Virus record (IMG/VR): IMGVR_UViG_2822507784_000003
Span: 56,567-76,566 of that record
Length of the DNA: 20,000 bases
Strand: one strand, 5' to 3'
Source of the DNA: an uncultured virus (IMG/VR IMGVR_UViG_2822507784_000003)
Taxonomy: Duplodnaviria > Heunggongvirae > Uroviricota > Caudoviricetes
The notes below the pieces were generated by a model that was given only the letters and a program-made list of their open reading frames with translations, searched no databases and was not told the DNA's origin. The position numbers and the translations under genes are program-made. Within the stretch, counting starts at the first letter, position 1; each line of letters opens with the position of its first letter. Shown in pieces: positions 1 through 8,745 of this stretch.

Positions 1-117
1 AATATAAAAGACTTTCTGAGTGACTATATACGTATTGAAAAAGGGAAGAACGATGTAACTGTTTTTCCAAATAACATAGGTCAAGTGGATGTCACGTATA
101 GGGAGCGCTATCGATGA
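1..117 (+). CDS. 3' end of phage distal tail (Dit-like) protein, truncated by window edge
   Basis: Frame 1 is open from base 1 (NIKDFLSDYIRIEKGKNDVTVFPNNIGQVDVTYRERYR*). Its TGA overlaps the ATG of the next gene (ATGA, 114-117). The C-terminal 'V.YRERY' and the position before the tail spike are typical of Bacillus siphophage tail proteins. Confidence 0.7.
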   Translation, partial: NIKDFLSDYIRIEKGKNDVTVFPNNIGQVDVTYRERYR

Positions 118-3100
118 ATAAAACAAATAATCTATTACACATTGTAGACTTTAAAACAGAGAAAATCATTGGTGTTATACAAGAAAAAAATTATTGGAAC
201 GATATCCGCCAGTGGGAGCTTAAAAATAATATAGACCAATTAGAGTTCAATACAATGGACGGAACAAAAATATCGGCGTCTCTTGTACAGCAAAATATTA
301 TAGTAAAACAAACCAGAGATGGCACTTTTGTTTCGTATGTTATTACAGAAGCAGAGCAAGATACAGCAGATCGTTCTAAAAAAATTCACGCACTCGGGGA
401 ACATACAAAGCTAAAGAAAGCAGCGGTAATTAAACCACAAACGTTACAAGCTACTACAGTCAACGAATCTATGGACTTTGCTTTACAAGGTACAGAATGG
501 AAACGTGGGATTACGGAGTACAGTGGTGTACGTACCATTCCTATTAAGGATTTCACAAATCCGCTTGATTTCTTAAAACAAATCGCATCTACTTTTGGAC
601 TTGAGATTCGTTTCAGAATAGAAATACGGGGTTCTTTTATTGTCGGTCGGTATGTAGATTTAATAAAAAAAGTTGGTCGGGACAATGGGAAAGAATTCGT
701 GCTAGGAAAAGATATACAAGGCATTCGTCGTATTGAGAACAGCCAAAATATAGTAACTGCTCTTGTAGGTGTTGGGCCATCTAAAGAAAATCCTGATACT
801 GGGAAAGAAGAGTTTCTGACTTTTGAAGATATCAACGGTGGAAAGTTGTACGTAAGTAACAACGATGCGTTACAACGCTGGTCGAAAGATGGTAAGCATT
901 TATTTGATATTTATTCACCGCAAACAGAAGATCAAGATATGACGAAGCAACGACTCAAACAATTAACCGAAGCAGAATTAAAGAAACGAATTGATAGTTC
1001 TACTCTATATGAAGTGGATGCTGTAGCACTTGAAAAAGTGTTTGGTTTATCTCATGAAGCGGTTCGTAAAGGAGATACGGTACGAATAAAAGACACAGAA
1101 TTTAGTCCACCACTTTTCTTAGAAGCTAGGTTAATAGCAGCAGATGAATGTGACACTGATCCATCGAAAGATAAATATATCTTTGGTAATTATCGTGAAA
1201 TTAAAGATACACGAAGCCTTATCGATAGGTTATACGCGCAAATCATGGGTAGCCTATCAAATAAAGCATCTAAAGAATTACTAGATATGTTAGATAAAAA
1301 GCTTCAAGAAAACGTAAAAGAAACAGAAGTCATTCGAAAAGAATCGGAAGCAGCAAAGAAAATTGCTGAACAAGTGGCTGAAAACTTGAAGAACAATACC
1401 GTTGATATTATCGAAGGTTTAAATCCACCAACAGAAAACTTAAAGGATAGAAAAACGTTGTGGCAAGATATTAGCAAAGGTAAGCCTGGTATTCTGAAAT
1501 TGTGGAAGGATGGTAAATGGGATCCTGTTGTTCCTGATGTGGAATCCGTTAAGAAAGAAACACTTGAGCAAGTCGATAAAAATATTGAATCCACAAAACA
1601 AGAGCTAAACCAAAAGGTGCAGGAAGCGCAAAATCAAGCCACGGGACAAGTCAATGAAGTGAAGGAAAGCTTACAAGGTGTTAGTCGTAAGATTTCTGAT
1701 GTGCAAAATAAACAGGGTGAGATTGATAAGAAGATAACGAAGTTTGAGCAGGATTCTAACGGATTTAAATTATCTATTGAATCGTTAACTAAAAAAGATA
1801 GTGATATCAACAGTAAATTAAATACAGTTGAATCGAATGTGGAAGGCACAAAAAAGACAATATCTGATGTGCAGCAAACTGCAAATGATCTGAAGAAAAC
1901 AACAACTGAAATTAAAGAGCAAGCTGGGAAAATTAGCGAGAAGTTAACAAGTGTAGAAACGCAAGCAAATATCCTAACTAATAAAACTACCGAGATTGAA
2001 AAAAGTGTGAATGGAATCAAAGAAACAGTAACAAAAGTTGAAAATAATCAAAGCGGATTTGATAAACGTGTTACGGGAGTAGAGAAGACAGCGAACGGAA
2101 TCACTCAAAGTGTTTCGAAATTACAAGAGACCCAAGTACAACAAGGGAAAACATTAACTCAAGCTACTACAAAATTAGAACAACATTCTGAAGCACTGAG
2201 TCTAACAATGAAAAAGAAAGATGTTGAGGAGTATGTTGGCGGTATTGGGTCTATCAACGAGATCAGAAACGCAGGTCTTGAATTAGGTAACAAGTACTGG
2301 TCAATTAATCAAGGTACTGCTGTTCAGCTAAGCTCAAAATATAAAGGTTATGCAACTTTTTGGAGTGATTATTCTGGAAAGACTAGTGATCACTGGTCTG
2401 GCACCGCTTCTGAATTTATAACAGTTACAACTGGTGAAGATCTTATTTCGACAGGTTGGTTTGCTACTGACAATATAGCTTCACTAGATCAAAAAGCGTG
2501 GATGGAAATTGAGTTCTGGAATGCTACAAAAGGAACTAGAATGAGAACGCAGCGCGTAGAAATCCAATGGGCTAAACAAGGTGATTGGGCAAGAATGACG
2601 ATGGTTTCAAAGGTTGCAGCTAACGAAGAGTGGGTTAGATGGCGTTATTATGTTCAAAGAAATGGACGTGTACGAGCTGCCCTTCCGATGCTACAGCGTG
2701 GTAAAGTAGCGACAGAGTTTTGGTTACATCCGAAAGATCAAACTAATGTTGATAAAATGATTGAAGATATTGCTGATAAGGTAGCTACACAACAATTCAA
2801 TCAGAAAGCGACTCAAATTGATAATCGTTTTACTATCAATGAACAAGGTATCGATTTAGCAGCAAAAAAGACCGAGGTATATACCAAAGAACAAGCGAAC
2901 GGACAATTTGCAACAAATGCTTATGTAAAAGACATGGAAGGTCGCGTTCAGATTACTGAAAAGAATATTCTTAGTACCGTGAAAAAAGGTGAAATCATAT
3001 CACAGATTAATCAGTCTGCTGAGTTAATACAAATTGATGTTGCTAAGTTAAAAATCAATGCGGATACAATTGTAAAGTGGTTAACAGCAAAAGGAATCGA

Positions 3101-3611
3101 TGCGAATATCATCAAAATCGAAGGTGATAATGTTGTAATTGATAAACGTGGTGTCAATATCAAAAGAGGCGCACTACAGGTTCAACGATCTGATGGATAC
3201 TCTTTAATAATAGATGGTGTGGCGAACTTTGATATGGCTGTTAGTACACATGAACCGCCATTTATGGGTCCAGGTATGGAAGTGAATGCCACTTGGTATG
3301 CAACACGTAGCACAGTGTGGACGAGATGTAATTTTTACACATTCAGGCATACTGGAAGGTACCTAATATTCGCTATGAGCTTGGCAGTAGATCCTGGGAC
3401 AAACGCACAAGTAAAGATTATAAATAGTGATGGAAGCGATTTGTGGTACACGATGCATAGTAAAAAACTCTCAGATGAGTACTATGTAAATGCGACTATT
3501 GATTTAGGGGTGCCAACAGGGGGTATGAGATACATTCTTCTAATGTTAGCATCGAACAGTCCAAATCATACCGCATACGCAAGGGTTCTGAGTAAATGGG
3601 TGGAGAAGTGA
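114..3611 (+). CDS. Phage tail spike / minor structural (Tal-like) protein with coiled-coil stalk and putative receptor-binding region
   Basis: 1165-aa ORF. The N-terminal ~360 aa resemble Bacillus prophage tail endopeptidase-type domains. A heptad-rich K/E/Q/T segment spans ~aa 380-705 and a Trp-rich beta-type module ~aa 720-880. It lies between the tail gene and the lysis cassette. Confidence 0.85.
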   Translation: MNKTNNLLHIVDFKTEKIIGVIQEKNYWNDIRQWELKNNIDQLEFNTMDGTKISASLVQQNIIVKQTRDGTFVSYVITEAEQDTADRSKKIHALGEHTKLKKAAVIKPQTLQATTVNESMDFALQGTEWKRGITEYSGVRTIPIKDFTNPLDFLKQIASTFGLEIRFRIEIRGSFIVGRYVDLIKKVGRDNGKEFVLGKDIQGIRRIENSQNIVTALVGVGPSKENPDTGKEEFLTFEDINGGKLYVSNNDALQRWSKDGKHLFDIYSPQTEDQDMTKQRLKQLTEAELKKRIDSSTLYEVDAVALEKVFGLSHEAVRKGDTVRIKDTEFSPPLFLEARLIAADECDTDPSKDKYIFGNYREIKDTRSLIDRLYAQIMGSLSNKASKELLDMLDKKLQENVKETEVIRKESEAAKKIAEQVAENLKNNTVDIIEGLNPPTENLKDRKTLWQDISKGKPGILKLWKDGKWDPVVPDVESVKKETLEQVDKNIESTKQELNQKVQEAQNQATGQVNEVKESLQGVSRKISDVQNKQGEIDKKITKFEQDSNGFKLSIESLTKKDSDINSKLNTVESNVEGTKKTISDVQQTANDLKKTTTEIKEQAGKISEKLTSVETQANILTNKTTEIEKSVNGIKETVTKVENNQSGFDKRVTGVEKTANGITQSVSKLQETQVQQGKTLTQATTKLEQHSEALSLTMKKKDVEEYVGGIGSINEIRNAGLELGNKYWSINQGTAVQLSSKYKGYATFWSDYSGKTSDHWSGTASEFITVTTGEDLISTGWFATDNIASLDQKAWMEIEFWNATKGTRMRTQRVEIQWAKQGDWARMTMVSKVAANEEWVRWRYYVQRNGRVRAALPMLQRGKVATEFWLHPKDQTNVDKMIEDIADKVATQQFNQKATQIDNRFTINEQGIDLAAKKTEVYTKEQANGQFATNAYVKDMEGRVQITEKNILSTVKKGEIISQINQSAELIQIDVAKLKINADTIVKWLTAKGIDANIIKIEGDNVVIDKRGVNIKRGALQVQRSDGYSLIIDGVANFDMAVSTHEPPFMGPGMEVNATWYATRSTVWTRCNFYTFRHTGRYLIFAMSLAVDPGTNAQVKIINSDGSDLWYTMHSKKLSDEYYVNATIDLGVPTGGMRYILLMLASNSPNHTAYARVLSKWVEK

Positions 3612-3616
3612 TGTAA

Positions 3617-3979
3617 ATGGAACTTAAAGAAAAATATGAACTGTACGAGCGATATAAAACATGTATTTACTGTGATTCAGATGAAGCAGGAAATATAACG
3701 CAACTAGAACATGGACAACGCATCATACCAGGACAAAATTATATGCATTTTTTCAAAGTAGATCGTTATATATCAGACACTATACAAAACTATAAGGTTG
3801 TCTGGAATGGAAGAGTTGCAGAGTTACAGGCGATCGACCTAGAACTAGAAGAGAAAGTAAAGAAAAAATATTTCGCACCTACAAAAGAAGAATTAGAACG
3901 CGAAAAGGCAGAAATGGAGGCGAAACTTAAACTACTTGAAGAACAACTAGCTGTACAAAAGGTAGCGCCAAGTGAATAA
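3617..3979 (+). CDS. Hypothetical phage protein (possible tail-fibre chaperone), C-terminal coiled coil
   Basis: 120-aa ORF 5 nt after the tail spike stop, with GGAG upstream. Function is inferred only from position. Confidence 0.6.
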   Translation: MELKEKYELYERYKTCIYCDSDEAGNITQLEHGQRIIPGQNYMHFFKVDRYISDTIQNYKVVWNGRVAELQAIDLELEEKVKKKYFAPTKEELEREKAEMEAKLKLLEEQLAVQKVAPSE

Positions 3980-3988
3980 GAATAAACC

Positions 3989-4019
3989 AAAAGGGACAAT
4001 CAAATATGTCGCTTTTTTA
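3989..4019 (+). terminator. Weak intrinsic terminator-like hairpin
   Basis: AAAAGGGACA-loop-TGTCGCTTTT followed by a T tract; one mismatch in the stem. Confidence 0.4.
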
Positions 4020-4041
4020 TTTTTAGAAAAGGAGTGAAAAG

Positions 4042-4281
4042 ATGGCTGAATTAAAACATGATGATATAAAAGAACTTCTTGTAGGGTTGACTAGGGTAGA
4101 AACAAAGCTTGATACACTAGGCAATGTTAAAGAAGTAGCAATTGAAGCACAACAGTCAGCAAAAAGCGCTCATATGCGTGTGGATAGATTAGATAAATTA
4201 GTGTTTTGGATTGGTACTACAGTAGTTGGAGCTATTATCACTGGTGGGATAATGGCTCTTTTTAAATTCGCAGGGAAGTGA
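4042..4281 (+). CDS. xhlA: XhlA-family (hemolysin/holin-associated) lysis protein
   Basis: 79 aa with an N-terminal coiled coil (RVETKLD) and one C-terminal TM helix (LVFWIGTTVVGAIITGGIMALF). RBS AAGGAG. Sits directly before the holin and endolysin. Confidence 0.8.
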   Translation: MAELKHDDIKELLVGLTRVETKLDTLGNVKEVAIEAQQSAKSAHMRVDRLDKLVFWIGTTVVGAIITGGIMALFKFAGK

Positions 4282-4303
4282 TCGTATATACGGTCACTTT
4301 TTT
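4276..4303 (+). terminator. Terminator-like hairpin between xhlA and holin
   Basis: AAGTGATCGT-ATAT-ACGGTCACTT followed by a T run. Confidence 0.5.
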
Positions 4304-4323
4304 ATTTGGAAGGAGGTGATAGC

Positions 4324-4554
4324 ATGAAAAAATTTGATGCAGCTTCAATTAGTCGTTATGTCGTATTAGTAATTGCGGTAATTAATAGTGTCTTAAATCT
4401 TGTGGGATACCAAACGATCGATGACAAAATCACAAACGATTTAGTGGCCGTAATTACAGGAGCTTTTACCCTGTATATGGCTTGGAAGAACAACTATTTG
4501 AGCAACAAAGGGGTACACCAAAAAGATGTATTAGAAAAAAATAACTTACACTAA
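4324..4554 (+). CDS. SPP1-family phage holin
   Basis: Start moved to ATG 4324 behind RBS AGGAGGTG. 76 aa, two TM helices and the 'AWKNNYLS.KG' motif typical of SPP1-type holins. Confidence 0.85.
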   Translation: MKKFDAASISRYVVLVIAVINSVLNLVGYQTIDDKITNDLVAVITGAFTLYMAWKNNYLSNKGVHQKDVLEKNNLH

Positions 4555-4570
4555 AAGGAGATGTTGAATA

Positions 4571-5332
4571 ATGGGTAAATATAGTTTGCATGGTGGTCAC
4601 AATCGTATTGTACAAGGTGCTAACTGGGGGGATAGAAAAGAACACACTATGGATCGTCTGGTTAAGGATGCAGTTGCAGCTAAGCTACGTGCGTTAGGTC
4701 ATACGGTGTATGATGATACAGATGAAACAGGTTCTACTCAAGCACAAAATTTAAATAACATCGTTCGCAATTGTAATTCTCATAGTGTGGACCTTGTAAT
4801 TTCATTCCACTTAAACGCTTATAACGGATCTGCAAACGGTGTGGAAGTTTGTTATTATGACCAACAATCTTTAGCGACGAAAGTATCAGCTCAACTCTCT
4901 AAAGATATTGGCTGGTCTAATCGTGGTGCGAAACAACGTACTGACCTTTATGTATTAAATAGCACTAAAGCACCAGCAATCCTAATTGAACTTGGATTCA
5001 TCGATAACGAGTCCGATATGGCTAAATGGGATGTAGATAAAATTGCGAATTCCATCGTATACGCATTGACTGGACAAACTGTTGGAGGTAGCCAACCAAC
5101 CGCACCAACTCCACCATTTAATCAAAAACGTAATGTTGTAGAGGCAGGAGGAATCGGTAGAGAAAATTTAGCTGATATAGTAGGAGCTTTAAATTCAGTT
5201 CACATGACGGGTAATTTAAACCTTAAAAGTGATGGGTACATTTATCCTGTAACTGATCCAACTAGCGACGCTCAATTAAAAGCATTCACTGACTATCTTG
5301 ATCGCAAAGGCTGGGTATATACAGTTAAGTAA
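4571..5332 (+). CDS. Endolysin, N-acetylmuramoyl-L-alanine amidase (Amidase_3) with C-terminal cell-wall-binding domain
   Basis: Zinc-ligand motifs HGGH..E, SFHLNA and ILIELGFIDN, then a Pro/Thr linker (QPTAPTPP) and a ~70-aa C-terminal domain. Confidence 0.93.
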   Translation: MGKYSLHGGHNRIVQGANWGDRKEHTMDRLVKDAVAAKLRALGHTVYDDTDETGSTQAQNLNNIVRNCNSHSVDLVISFHLNAYNGSANGVEVCYYDQQSLATKVSAQLSKDIGWSNRGAKQRTDLYVLNSTKAPAILIELGFIDNESDMAKWDVDKIANSIVYALTGQTVGGSQPTAPTPPFNQKRNVVEAGGIGRENLADIVGALNSVHMTGNLNLKSDGYIYPVTDPTSDAQLKAFTDYLDRKGWVYTVK

Positions 5333-5376
5333 AACATACTATGTAACAGCAAATAAACCTTACGTATTTGTGAAAT

Positions 5377-5411
5377 AAAAAAAGTGCTCATAATGTGAGC
5401 ACTCTTTTTTT
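5377..5411. terminator. Bidirectional intrinsic terminator
   Basis: A-run + AGTGCTCA-loop-TGAGCACT + T-run between the convergent endolysin and SLH genes. Confidence 0.8.
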
Positions 5412-5910
5412 ATCTGAATTTTTTGTTGTAACGGTACAACATAGTAGCAGCTTCAGCTCTTGTTGCTGCATCGTTTCCGCGACTACCGTCATAAAGACCC
5501 TTATCTGTTCCCCATGCAATCGAGTTACTGAATCCACCATTAGGTGTCCATGCTTTGGTGTTAAAACGTACTGCATAGAGCGTAGCTATCATTTCATTAC
5601 GAGTAATATAGCTACCCCCACGAGTTCCGTCAGAATACCCTCTACTCATCATATACTGACGTGCTTCGTCGTAATTTTTAACCCAATGCCCATTGAAGCG
5701 AGAAACCATCATCCAAACATCTTGTCGAAGTGCAGGACTATCTCGGTAATCATTTCGCATAATTCCTTTTCTGAAAGCCCAATCAATTTCCTGATCAGCC
5801 CAATGTGCTGAAGCTTCTTTCGGGGCGATTGTTGCGAACCCTGTAGATAACGTAATAGCAGCAATTGCAACAACTATAACCTTTTTAAATTTTTTTAACA
5901 TCTTTTCCAT
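5410..5910 (-). CDS. Secreted SLH-like surface protein
   Basis: Signal peptide ending ASA. SLH-type motifs HWA..EI.WA...GIM, ITRNEM and ATRAEAATMLYR. Confidence 0.75.
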   Translation of the reverse strand: MEKMLKKFKKVIVVAIAAITLSTGFATIAPKEASAHWADQEIDWAFRKGIMRNDYRDSPALRQDVWMMVSRFNGHWVKNYDEARQYMMSRGYSDGTRGGSYITRNEMIATLYAVRFNTKAWTPNGGFSNSIAWGTDKGLYDGSRGNDAATRAEAATMLYRYNKKFR

Positions 5911-6077
5911 TCCTTCCCTATGTGCTTGTCACTTGCGTTATATTAATATATTAAAATTACTAAGTAAATAGATATAACGAAATTCACGGTATTCTTTTAG
6001 TAATAATTTGTGAACTTAACAAGAAAGTGGAATTATATATATGATGTTATTTCCTACAAAAGAATAGTTTGATTAAC

Positions 6078-6117
6078 AAAAATAAGAGCCGTCCTGTTGG
6101 GCGGCTTGTTTTTATTT
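6078..6117. terminator. Intrinsic terminator after yolD-like gene
   Basis: AGCCGTCC-TGTT-GGGCGGCT stem flanked by A and T runs. Confidence 0.7.
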
Positions 6118-6453
6118 TGCATCAATAATATCAATAAATTTCAACGTCATATTATTGTAAAATGCATCCGTACAAATTATAGATTTATTCAGCGGATCAA
6201 TATCAACAACGGTCATATAGTTAGTAAGTAAAAAACCACCTTCGTAATATGTAATCATTATTTCTTCTTCAGAAAGCAACGAACATAATAGCATGTTCTC
6301 AATCAGTTCTTGTTCATCTTGGGTTAATGTAGGGCGTTCTACTTTCGTCTTTTCTTTAACAATCTTACGGATACCAGCGAATTGCTCCGGCATCGCAGCG
6401 AACGGAGTCCATTTAACCATTCCTCTTCCTTTTGGCATATTAGCGTTGTTCAT
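6112..6453 (-). CDS. yolD: YolD-like protein (Y-family polymerase accessory)
   Basis: N-terminal 'RGMVKW.PFAAMPEQ' signature. Its start overlaps the polymerase stop (ATGA). Confidence 0.88.
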   Translation of the reverse strand: MNNANMPKGRGMVKWTPFAAMPEQFAGIRKIVKEKTKVERPTLTQDEQELIENMLLCSLLSEEEIMITYYEGGFLLTNYMTVVDIDPLNKSIICTDAFYNNMTLKFIDIIDAK

Positions 6454-7715
6454 GCTTTATGTCCCCCTAACAATGTGTTTCTGTATCTTGCTGTTGCACT
6501 ATTTGTATACGAAATTCCTCGTAATATGCTGTTCTTACCAAATTTAGTGCGTATTTCGTCCATTACTTTAGTTAGTTTCAATTCTTTTTCTCTTTGTATT
6601 ACATTATCGAATAGTGAGATTTGTTCTTCGCCTTCATTGATTAAGTTAGTTAAAGAAACATTGATGGATCTAATGGGCTCCCCAGTATAAAACTCATGTA
6701 AAAAATATGTACAAATCTTATAAATATCCATTGTTAAATTAGTTGGTCGGTTCATAGTGTGAGTTTTTTTGAAACCACCAGAATAATTTTTGCTGTAACC
6801 AATGGAAAAATGAATAGTTTGAGCTAGTTTGTTTTGTCTTCGCATTCGATAACAAACTTCCTCGATATGCTCTAGTAGAATAATTGGGAATTCCTCTATT
6901 GTGTAATCACGCATTAGTATTTGACTTTTACCAATAGAAGTTGTTGCTGGAACGTATTTTTCTGATATACGGCTAAAATCAATGCCGTTGCTATGTAAGT
7001 GTAGTTCTTCACCAATAACGCCAAAACTTTGTTTTAAGTATTTAAGTGGGTATTGCGCTAAGTCTCCGATGGAATGTATCCCCTTTCGGTTTAACTTTGC
7101 TTCTGTTTTACCTGAAATCCCCCAAAATTTATTAAGTGGTCGTATTGGCCATAATTTTATGGGTACATCTTCGTACTTCCAGTATGCTATGCAATCTTTC
7201 GTTTTCTTCGCTTCCACATCTAACGCTACTTTGCTCATTAAAGGATTAGGGCCAATTCCTATCGTGCATTCAATTCGTGTCTTCGCATATATTTCACGTT
7301 TAAATTTCAATGCGAAATCATATGGGTCGTTAGCAAACAAATGAATACTATCCGTAATATCCATAAAGAATTCATCAATGGAATATTGGTGGAAATCCTC
7401 AACAGGAACATATTGTAGAGCTAGTTTCGTGATGAAATTGGAGCATTTTATGTAAGTACTCATAATTGGATTCACCACGAGAACATCTTTACGACGAGGT
7501 ATTTCATACAACCGTGCCATTTTCTTAACACCTAACGCTTTTAATGGTGGCGTTGCAGCCAAAACAATAGAACCACTCCTATTCACATCACCAACTACAG
7601 CTAATTTTGTATGAAGCGGGTCTAATCCCATCTTGATACAACTGACTGAAGCATAAAAGCTACGAAGATCTACACATAAAACAATTCGGTTTGGCAATAT
7701 TGAATAGTCATACAC
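6450..7715 (-). CDS. uvrX: Y-family translesion DNA polymerase (UvrX/ImpB/UmuC-like)
   Basis: Motifs CVDLRSFYASV, YSIDEFF and HhH (WGIS..T..KL...GI). GTG start with RBS GGGGGA. Confidence 0.92.
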   Translation of the reverse strand: MYDYSILPNRIVLCVDLRSFYASVSCIKMGLDPLHTKLAVVGDVNRSGSIVLAATPPLKALGVKKMARLYEIPRRKDVLVVNPIMSTYIKCSNFITKLALQYVPVEDFHQYSIDEFFMDITDSIHLFANDPYDFALKFKREIYAKTRIECTIGIGPNPLMSKVALDVEAKKTKDCIAYWKYEDVPIKLWPIRPLNKFWGISGKTEAKLNRKGIHSIGDLAQYPLKYLKQSFGVIGEELHLHSNGIDFSRISEKYVPATTSIGKSQILMRDYTIEEFPIILLEHIEEVCYRMRRQNKLAQTIHFSIGYSKNYSGGFKKTHTMNRPTNLTMDIYKICTYFLHEFYTGEPIRSINVSLTNLINEGEEQISLFDNVIQREKELKLTKVMDEIRTKFGKNSILRGISYTNSATARYRNTLLGGHKA

Positions 7716-7736
7716 CGTTATTCCCCCTAAATAACA

Positions 7737-7771
7737 GAACGTTAGTTCTTATTATATACGAATGTATGTTC
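7737..7771 (-). promoter_or_regulatory. Two LexA (SOS/Cheo) boxes flanking the -10 of the polymerase promoter
   Basis: GAAC-GTTA-GTTC at 7737-7748 (perfect GAAC-N4-GTTC) and CGAAT-GTAT-GTTC at 7759-7771. Minus-strand TATAAT at 7751-7756 lies between them. Confidence 0.85.
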
Positions 7772-7791
7772 TTTTATGAAGAGGTTTTTTC

Positions 7792-7828
7792 AAAAAAATA
7801 ATCAGCCCGAATTTATTGAGCTGATTAT
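7792..7828 (-). terminator. Intrinsic terminator after the Gly-rich gene
   Basis: Minus strand ATAATCAGCTC-loop-GGGCTGATTAT followed by a T run. Confidence 0.7.
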
Positions 7829-7838
7829 TACTAAATTA

Positions 7839-8126
7839 TTAGCCATTAATTGACCATCCGCCATATGGTGGAGAATATCCAACTGAACCCCATCCTCCGT
7901 AGGGAAATCCGCTACTTGAAGTCCAACTTCCATATGGTAAGAAACCACCTGAAGTCCAGCCCCCATATGGCGATACAACCATACCACCACCTGTAGTCCA
8001 ACCTCCTGTATAAAATTGCTGTGGTGGTAAAAAACCACTAGAACCACTACCATGACCACCATGACTCATAAAATCTCTAGGTGAAATTGAATTGTAAATT
8101 CCTGTAGAACAATAATAAGAATTCAT
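7839..8126 (-). CDS. Gly/Trp/Tyr-rich repeat peptide (95 aa), unknown function
   Basis: ATG at 8126 behind a strong RBS (AAGGAGG), own terminator, five PYGGW-like repeats. Confidence 0.7.
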   Translation of the reverse strand: MNSYYCSTGIYNSISPRDFMSHGGHGSGSSGFLPPQQFYTGGWTTGGGMVVSPYGGWTSGGFLPYGSWTSSSGFPYGGWGSVGYSPPYGGWSING

Positions 8127-8230
8127 TTTATCCCTCCTTTTTAATATTCCATACAATTTATATGTATTTTTAAAAAAATTTTTAGTTCAAGTGAAGGAAA
8201 ATAAAAGAAGCCTCATTCTAACGAACGAAG

Positions 8231-8452
8231 CTACATCCAAAAATCATTTTCATTTATGTTTTTTCCTAATTTTTTCAATCCCCTTGTTATTTGGGATATA
8301 GTCGAAAATTTAGGTGCGTATTCTTTATCGTTACATAATTTCGAAATCGTACCTCTACTTAACTTGGCGGCCTTCTCTAAATCCCCTTGTGTAATTCCTT
8401 GCTTGTCTAACCAGCGACCGAACTTACTACGTTTTTTACCTAATCCGAACAA
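8231..8452 (-). CDS. XRE/Cro-CI family helix-turn-helix regulator
   Basis: ITQGDLEKAAKLSRGTISKLC HTH. Likely TTG start at 8452 behind GAGGTG. Confidence 0.85.
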   Translation of the reverse strand: MFGLGKKRSKFGRWLDKQGITQGDLEKAAKLSRGTISKLCNDKEYAPKFSTISQITRGLKKLGKNINENDFWM

Positions 8453-8745
8453 TATTACCACCTCAACCATAGCTTGCCCTTTTCGTCATTTTTTTAAACA
8501 AGAGAAAAAAAATGACATAAAGACCAAACAGTGCAAAATACCATTTACCATACCAAACAAATTACGATTCTCTGTTCCAAATTAATAGCCTTTTAAAACT
8601 TCGTTTCACCTATTCCAAATAGGATTCGCTCACAGAATAATGCTTCAGACATTGAAAGACTAATAGTTTCAACGATTCATATCTGTTTTCATCTCTTCTA
8701 ATCTTTAGGGACTATTCTTGCAGAATACACAAAAATAGGTGGTGT

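Noticed and set aside
386..2020. Minus-strand ORFs inside the tail spike gene (386-862, 1304-1594, 1634-2020), and similar shadow ORFs across other genes
   Set aside because: Antisense shadows of well-supported genes, with no RBS and no recognisable motifs.
6025..6052. dif-like site (TATATA core + TGATGTTATTT arm)
   Set aside because: Only one arm resembles the Bacillus dif consensus; the segment is better explained as the AT-rich promoter region of the 5410-5910 gene.
8141..8195. Sigma-K/E promoter (CATATAAAT) upstream of the Gly-rich gene
   Set aside because: A -10-like element is present but no properly spaced -35 was found in very AT-rich sequence.
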